Of a stretch of 64,000 nt of DNA, positions 59,026-64,000 are shown one piece after another. The stretch spans positions 1 to 64,000 of the forward strand of contig JAEOTO010000003.1 of the NCBI GenBank assembly GCA_016839805.1, written 5' to 3'. The stretch comes from Candidatus Hermodarchaeota archaeon. GTDB lineage: Archaea > Asgardarchaeota > Hermodarchaeia > Hermodarchaeales > Hermodarchaeaceae. The notes under the pieces were generated by a model. The model worked only from the letters and a program-made list of their open reading frames with translations. It was not told where the DNA came from and did not search any database. The position numbers and the translations under genes are program-made. How positions within the stretch are numbered: the first letter of the stretch is position 1; every line of letters starts with the position of its first letter.

Positions 59026-59630
59026 TTTTCTGACCTCCCGCGTTTGAATTCTGCCTCTATCTTTGCTTTTGTCGCCTCATACATGCTGGGAAGGTTTGTT
59101 AAGTCAACTCGTCCTTTTGAAAGCTGCCCAAATTGCCGTTTAAAGGCGTTAGGTTTGTTTGCACTCAGATCCTTTGCATAAGCCGCGATGTGTTCGCCCC
59201 GAATTCGTTTCTCATTTGGAAAGATTTCATCAGAGGAAGGAATTGAGAGTCCAGCATCAATGGCTCCTTTTATTGCTGAAAAGATCCGGGAGCCGGTTAT
59301 GGGCTGGATTAGACCGATATCCGCAATAGCGGCTTTAGTGCCATCTTTGATAGCACGGTGCCCAGCTAAGAATCCGGTAAGATATGCTGCGGGTAGATTC
59401 TTTAATCCAGCACGCCATCCAAATTGCTTTAATTGTTTGGAATCCGCTGTGGCGATACTTCGATCACCTTTAGGAAGGGCTTCCGTAACTTGGATAATGA
59501 TTCTAGTGCTGGTTTTCCTTATGACTAGTCGGGGTCGTCCTGAACCTATCATACGTCTTCTTGCGTGATAGTCGGTCTTGCTTTCGCGCCGACGACGAAA
59601 AGGAACTTTGTATCGTGGTCCTGTTGCCAT
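59022..59630 (-). CDS. rpl18: 50S ribosomal protein L18
   Basis: [34 protein letters not shown]. Confidence 0.97.
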   Translation of the reverse strand: MATGPRYKVPFRRRRESKTDYHARRRMIGSGRPRLVIRKTSTRIIIQVTEALPKGDRSIATADSKQLKQFGWRAGLKNLPAAYLTGFLAGHRAIKDGTKAAIADIGLIQPITGSRIFSAIKGAIDAGLSIPSSDEIFPNEKRIRGEHIAAYAKDLSANKPNAFKRQFGQLSKGRVDLTNLPSMYEATKAKIEAEFKRGRSEK

Positions 59631-59632
59631 AT

Positions 59633-60082
59633 TTATCGCCTCTTCATTTTATGATCCTGAATGTATTGATTGACTCGTCGTATCGAGGGAAACATCCCAC
59701 CTTTAGCGAGCCTGTATAATCGTCGATAATCGCTAGGTCGAATGATTCGACGAGCCCGGAGTATTTTTAGGTGACGGCGGATGGCTCGTATTTTTATCAT
59801 CCAGCGTTCTTTTCCTGAGAGTGTGGCTGTGCGTTTGCCTTTCCGGCTCCCAGGCCCTGATCGAAGACCGCGTTTACGTTTATTATGCAACTCTTTAGCT
59901 CGGGCTCGGCTTATCCCTTTTAATGGTAATGGACGGATCGCTCCCTCATTGATGAGCCGGCGAATATCCTCGCGACGAATAGCCATCACTACATCATCTA
60001 ATCGGTTTGGGTCTATCCAAATCCGATTTCGGCCCACTTTGAGGAGCCGAGCTGCCAATTTTCGTTGAGCACTTACATCCAT
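59633..60082 (-). CDS. rpl19e: 50S ribosomal protein L19e
   Basis: Q.KLAA..LKVG.NRIWIDP, GPGSRKG, W..KIRA.R, KGG.F. Confidence 0.97.
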   Translation of the reverse strand: MDVSAQRKLAARLLKVGRNRIWIDPNRLDDVVMAIRREDIRRLINEGAIRPLPLKGISRARAKELHNKRKRGLRSGPGSRKGKRTATLSGKERWMIKIRAIRRHLKILRARRIIRPSDYRRLYRLAKGGMFPSIRRVNQYIQDHKMKRR

Positions 60083-60096
60083 TGTTTTGTCACTCT

Positions 60097-60543
60097 CTAT
60101 TCAAGCTCTTCAGTGGGGAGGTCGAGAAGTTCTCGAATTTCAGATTTCAGTTGAGGATTCAATACCCGTAAACCGAGGTCATCAGCTCGTTCGATGATAG
60201 CAAGTCGTTTGCGGTCACCAACTTGATGTGCAATCCGAACAGCATGGGTTTTAGGGTGCAAGCCTTCAAGTTCTGGGAGGTTATGTACAAGAACTTCTCT
60301 CAGACCAGAAGGATGGTAATCCCGTAGATTCCTGGGCGTGCGATAACCAATCCGTGGCATTGCTGGCTGATTCTTCTCGCGTTTACGAATCATTGAATCA
60401 ATACCCTTAGGACGGCGCCACCCCGTATTAAGGCGTTTATAGCGCCAACTCTCTGGACGCCGGAACTTGGGCTTCCGTTGATTCGATAACTGCTTCCGGT
60501 ACAATTGCCTTTGAAGCTGTTTGATCCGTTTGCTCTTCTTCAT
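60097..60543 (-). CDS. rpl32e: 50S ribosomal protein L32e
   Basis: KPKFRR, WRRPKGIDS, IGYR.P, HPSG..EVLV.N. Confidence 0.96.
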   Translation of the reverse strand: MKKSKRIKQLQRQLYRKQLSNQRKPKFRRPESWRYKRLNTGWRRPKGIDSMIRKREKNQPAMPRIGYRTPRNLRDYHPSGLREVLVHNLPELEGLHPKTHAVRIAHQVGDRKRLAIIERADDLGLRVLNPQLKSEIRELLDLPTEELE

Positions 60544-60564
60544 TCCTAATCACATCTTTATTGG

Positions 60565-61146
60565 CTAAATAACCCAGTGACGCTCACCAAGCTGTTTTTC
60601 ATAAACGTAAATCCCGTCATGGAATTTTCGGGGGTCCTTTCGACGAAGTTTCGTGGAATGCTGGATATTCGCAGCAGTTTGTCCGACTAACTCAATATCG
60701 ATACCTTCCAGGATTACATCATCACCTTGTACGGTGACGGCCACACCAGGAAGGATTTTAGCCCGCCGAGGAGCTTTTTCACCGTAGAAGTTTTCGACAA
60801 TCAGTTTGTCTCCTTCAACTTTCACTGTTGGTGGAAAGTGGGCGAACACTACTTTCATTTTGTATGTAACACCATGAATAACACCCAACATCATGTTCTT
60901 AATATGGGAGAGAATAGTTCCTACCAGAGAAATTTGGCGGCTTCGAGGATATTCAACTGAAACCAAAATATTGTTCCGCACTGTCTTGATACCAACATCT
61001 GCATGACTAAAGTCGCGAACAATTTCGCCTTTAGGTCCCTTCACAGTTACTAGTCTTTCCTCAACTGTTACTGTTGTGCCCTCTAGAATAGGAGTCAATT
61101 GCTCTACATGATTAGTTTTTGCGGGCATCTTATTGTTCCACTCCAT
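60565..61146 (-). CDS. rpl6: 50S ribosomal protein L6
   Basis: VKGPKG, HIKNM..GV, AHFP, NFYGEK, VGQTAANI, DPRKF.DGIY. Confidence 0.97.
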   Translation of the reverse strand: MEWNNKMPAKTNHVEQLTPILEGTTVTVEERLVTVKGPKGEIVRDFSHADVGIKTVRNNILVSVEYPRSRQISLVGTILSHIKNMMLGVIHGVTYKMKVVFAHFPPTVKVEGDKLIVENFYGEKAPRRAKILPGVAVTVQGDDVILEGIDIELVGQTAANIQHSTKLRRKDPRKFHDGIYVYEKQLGERHWVI

Positions 61147-61149
61147 TTG

Positions 61150-61542
61150 TTAGTAAACGAAGGCGATCAGCCGTCCTCCATGTCCTTGTTCGATGGCTTC
61201 TCTATGTGTCATGAAGCCCTTTGGGGTTGATACGATGAGGAAGCCGAATTGCCGTGAAGGTAAGTAGCGTTTTTCCCAATCTTCGAATGCTGTTCGTTTA
61301 ACTGCATGATGCGGACTGATTATTCCGCATTGGTTGATTCGTCCAAGTAACTCAACTCGAAGCATTCCTGCTTTGCCATCATCGATAAACTCGAATTCGC
61401 CGACATAACCCATTCGTTGCATGATTCGAAGGGCTGCCCCAATTTTTTTCGAGGCTGGAGCGATGATTACCTCAGATTTGCGAAGCAGCTCATAGTTCAT
61501 GATGGTTGAGAAGGCATCGGCCAAGGGATTTTTCACGGTCAT
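61150..61542 (-). CDS. rps8: 30S ribosomal protein S8
   Basis: PLAD, GYVGEFE.IDDG, L.GRIN, LP...FG.LIVST..G.M.H. Confidence 0.97.
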   Translation of the reverse strand: MTVKNPLADAFSTIMNYELLRKSEVIIAPASKKIGAALRIMQRMGYVGEFEFIDDGKAGMLRVELLGRINQCGIISPHHAVKRTAFEDWEKRYLPSRQFGFLIVSTPKGFMTHREAIEQGHGGRLIAFVY

Positions 61543-61557
61543 TGTCTTTTTCCACCT

Positions 61558-61707
61558 CTAGCTGAATTTCCGAAAGCCGAGTTCTTCAGCGACCTCACGG
61601 AAGCATCGTCGGCATAGGCCAATATTATAACTACGAATGAGGGCTCGGTGTGTTCCGCAGCGTTTGCATTGGCGATGTCCTTTACCTTGTTTTTTCTCCT
61701 TTGACAT
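61558..61707 (-). CDS. rps14: 30S ribosomal protein S14 (zinc-binding)
   Basis: Below the ORF-track cutoff: MSKEKKQGKGHRQCKRCGTHRALIRSYNIGLCRRCFREVAEELGFRKFS. Confidence 0.96.
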   Translation of the reverse strand: MSKEKKQGKGHRQCKRCGTHRALIRSYNIGLCRRCFREVAEELGFRKFS

Positions 61708-62381
61708 CAGAATTCTTCCTCCATTTCAGGTGTGGTAAATTGAATTCCCAGTTCAGATGAGAGCAAGTTCATCGCTTCTTCAGGAGTTATGCGATGACGA
61801 CGGGGCACCTTATGGCGTGCACGACGGCGCCGATTTATTCGGTATCCCGGGCGTTCCATGCAGATACACACATCCATTCCAAAGATCCCTAGACTCGGAT
61901 CGTATTTGACGCCCGGAATCTGGATATGCTCAGAGATTCCAAAGGATACGTTGCCAGCTTGATCAACGGCACGGACGGGAATCCTGAAATCGATTACGTC
62001 AAGAGCCCGTTTAGCGAAATCTTTAGCCAGTTCCCCGCGCAGGGTAACCTTACATCCCATTGGTTCACCCTTTCTCAACCCAAAGTCACGGTTCGTTCGT
62101 TTAGCAAGAATGTCAACAGGTTTCTGGCCGGTTAAATTTTCAAGAATTGTTTTCGCTTTGGCAAGTGGTTCGCCACCAGTTCCTAAGGACATATTGACAA
62201 CTACTTTCGAAATGAAGATTTTTCGCATGATGTTATCTTTTTTAGCTTTGAGCTTGGCAGGTGGCTTTTCACTGACTGACGGTTTTGCCGGCTTTGCAGA
62301 AGAACTGGTGGTCTTAGCCTTCTTTGCAGTAGCGGGTTTACGTTTTGCCTTTGCCGGAGTAGTTTTTTTCTTCGTTGACAT
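61707..62381 (-). CDS. rpl5: 50S ribosomal protein L5 with basic N-terminal extension
   Basis: KVVVN, LTGQKP, KVTLRG, GN.SFGI.EH, YDP..GIFGMD. Confidence 0.97.
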   Translation of the reverse strand: MSTKKKTTPAKAKRKPATAKKAKTTSSSAKPAKPSVSEKPPAKLKAKKDNIMRKIFISKVVVNMSLGTGGEPLAKAKTILENLTGQKPVDILAKRTNRDFGLRKGEPMGCKVTLRGELAKDFAKRALDVIDFRIPVRAVDQAGNVSFGISEHIQIPGVKYDPSLGIFGMDVCICMERPGYRINRRRRARHKVPRRHRITPEEAMNLLSSELGIQFTTPEMEEEF

Positions 62382-62383
62382 GA

Positions 62384-63124
62384 TCAGCTAGCCTCCGGAA
62401 TTGAAATTAGGGACTTTTCTTCACCAAGTGGAAAGACATAACGAATCGCAGTAAGGATGGTTTTGTCACCTGCGCCCTGTAAGGTTCCCAGTCGATTGTC
62501 TGGATCGATCTTGATGAGTTTACCTACAAACCCGGTATGATCTCCACCCGTGATCACTGCTGTAATCCCTTCTTTAAGGGGAATGTGGTGCTGGATTTTC
62601 TGATTTGGAATTTTTATGAGAAGAGTATCGCCAGGTCGGTAGGTTTCCTTGAGTTTTGCTTTAGGATCAGTTACTTGTAGGAGAATGGTTCGACCATCGT
62701 GGAGATGAAGTTGAATATGACCCTTCGCCACGGTGTTCTTTCCCGTAATTTTGCAGGGTTTAAGGGCCTGTTCCCTTTTAGGAATTTTATGCAATTGAAG
62801 GAGGTGTCGCGATTCAGGCACCACTCGTAGAAGGGTTTTCGTCTCTGGGATTTCAATTACATCCATGAGACCGACAGGGTATTTGTAGTCTCTTCGGATT
62901 CGTCCATCCACCTTCACAAGTCCGAGAGAAAGTATCCGACGGGTTTCACTTAGTGTATTGGTGAGATTAAGCATATCGCGGATTACGACTGCCAATGGAA
63001 ATCCAGCATGAAGTGTATGAGGACCAGGATTAGAACGGACTGTGAACGGACGAACCTTCCGTTTAATCTGCCAATGTCCAGGCGCTGCCAAACGTTTAAG
63101 GTGTTTTCGGGAACCTTTTACCAA
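62384..63124 (-). CDS. rps4e: 30S ribosomal protein S4e
   Basis: HLKRLAAP..W, PGPH, VDGR.R.D..YPVGLMDV, HDGR. Confidence 0.97.
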   Translation of the reverse strand: MVKGSRKHLKRLAAPGHWQIKRKVRPFTVRSNPGPHTLHAGFPLAVVIRDMLNLTNTLSETRRILSLGLVKVDGRIRRDYKYPVGLMDVIEIPETKTLLRVVPESRHLLQLHKIPKREQALKPCKITGKNTVAKGHIQLHLHDGRTILLQVTDPKAKLKETYRPGDTLLIKIPNQKIQHHIPLKEGITAVITGGDHTGFVGKLIKIDPDNRLGTLQGAGDKTILTAIRYVFPLGEEKSLISIPEAS

Positions 63125-63129
63125 TTTTT

Positions 63130-63516
63130 TTAATCCTCCTTTTCTTCAAATTCACGGCGTGCCGCAGCCTTGCGATCAATCACCGCTTCTCGGTTTTTGT
63201 CGATTTTCAACTTGGTAATCATGACACTTGAGGGGGGAATAGGAAACTGGACTGCTGTACCATCCACTTTCTCGATGGTGATATTTTCGATGTGAAGCCT
63301 GTAATTCTTCATATCCACAGCGATTACATCACCTTCTGAGTCACGAAACGCTCCACGTGTAATGTACACCGTGTCTCCTTTGCAGATTGGAATTCGCTTA
63401 ATTCCATGCCTATCAACAATATCAGGAGCTAGCCGTGCTGTGAGGTACTTGCGGCGACGATGCAAGGGTGCCGTATAGCGCTCTTTGCGTTGTTTCTTTG
63501 GTCTCTTTGATGGCAT
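63130..63516 (-). CDS. rpl24: 50S ribosomal protein L24
   Basis: SK.P.KQRK..Y.AP.H.R, KGDTV...RG. Confidence 0.96.
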   Translation of the reverse strand: MPSKRPKKQRKERYTAPLHRRRKYLTARLAPDIVDRHGIKRIPICKGDTVYITRGAFRDSEGDVIAVDMKNYRLHIENITIEKVDGTAVQFPIPPSSVMITKLKIDKNREAVIDRKAAARREFEEKED

Positions 63517-63531
63517 CTTCTTTTCTCACCC

Positions 63532-63954
63532 CTAGACAATAATACTGGCAACACTAGCGATGCGTGGCCACCGTTCAGCCGCTTCCCGGGCTATCGGTCC
63601 ACGAATTTCCGAACCCTGCGGGTCACCAGTTTCTGAAGTAATCACAATTGCATTGTCTTCAAAGCGAATCCATTGCCCGCTTTTGCGGCGGTAAGGTTTG
63701 CGTTGTCGGACAACAATACCGCGAAGTACTTGCCGTCGCATCTTGGGTGTTCCTGCTTTGCAAGAAACCACCACCATATCTGCTACACTGGCGGAAGGTT
63801 GCCGCCTAAGACGCCCATGATAGCCAATAACTGAGATGATTTCCACGATCCGAGCACCACTATTATCAGCTACAGTTAACCGGGCGCCAGTAGGTAAGCC
63901 GCGACTAATCCGAGTCTTTGAAATCCCTGCTGTTTTCCTACCGCGTTTTACCAT
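63532..63954 (-). CDS. rpl14: 50S ribosomal protein L14
   Basis: [31 protein letters not shown]. Confidence 0.97.
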   Translation of the reverse strand: MVKRGRKTAGISKTRISRGLPTGARLTVADNSGARIVEIISVIGYHGRLRRQPSASVADMVVVSCKAGTPKMRRQVLRGIVVRQRKPYRRKSGQWIRFEDNAIVITSETGDPQGSEIRGPIAREAAERWPRIASVASIIV

Positions 63955-64000
63955 TACTGTTCATCCTCCTTACCTTTGATGCATTCCACAACGACAAAGG
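63954..64000 (-). CDS. rps17: 30S ribosomal protein S17, C-terminal end (partial)
   Basis: ...[14 protein letters not shown], with a TAATG overlap into rpl14; synteny. Confidence 0.7.
   Translation of the reverse strand, partial: FVVVECIKGKEDEQ

Overview
Core-genome segment of an Asgard archaeon. The assignment rests on a eukaryote-type actin and a membrane-anchored longin-like protein; the lineage cannot be fixed from this window. The left end carries an actin gene (missed by the ORF track, truncated at the window edge) divergent from a wHTH-CARF regulator. It is followed by a nucleotidyltransferase/CDP-alcohol phosphotransferase/ComB cluster, t6A genes and an ECF module. The rest is mostly minus-strand conserved superoperons: exosome/proteasome/RNase P, S15-RecJ-S3Ae, L7Ae...aIF5B...aIF2gamma...Kae1/Bud32, the archaeal (anhydromevalonate-phosphate) mevalonate pathway, the S13-S4-S11-RpoD operon, tRNA-Ser(GGA) with an intron, and the spc-type ribosomal operon. 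Main discoveries: (1) cbf5 is doubly interrupted, by a 42-nt stop-containing bulge-helix-bulge mRNA intron in motif I and by a 544-aa LAGLIDADG intein. (2) Three essential genes in one gene cluster (rpoE', rps27ae, bud32) have no usable ATG/GTG/TTG and appear to start at ATC, ACG and ATT; bud32 is also in frame with kae1 across a single TGA. (3) A CARF-domain transcription factor sits head-to-head with actin. (4) Wobble-base strand skew flips abruptly inside secY. (5) Many housekeeping proteins have lysine-rich tails. Coordinates were derived by eye and family calls by motif recognition; no searches were run.
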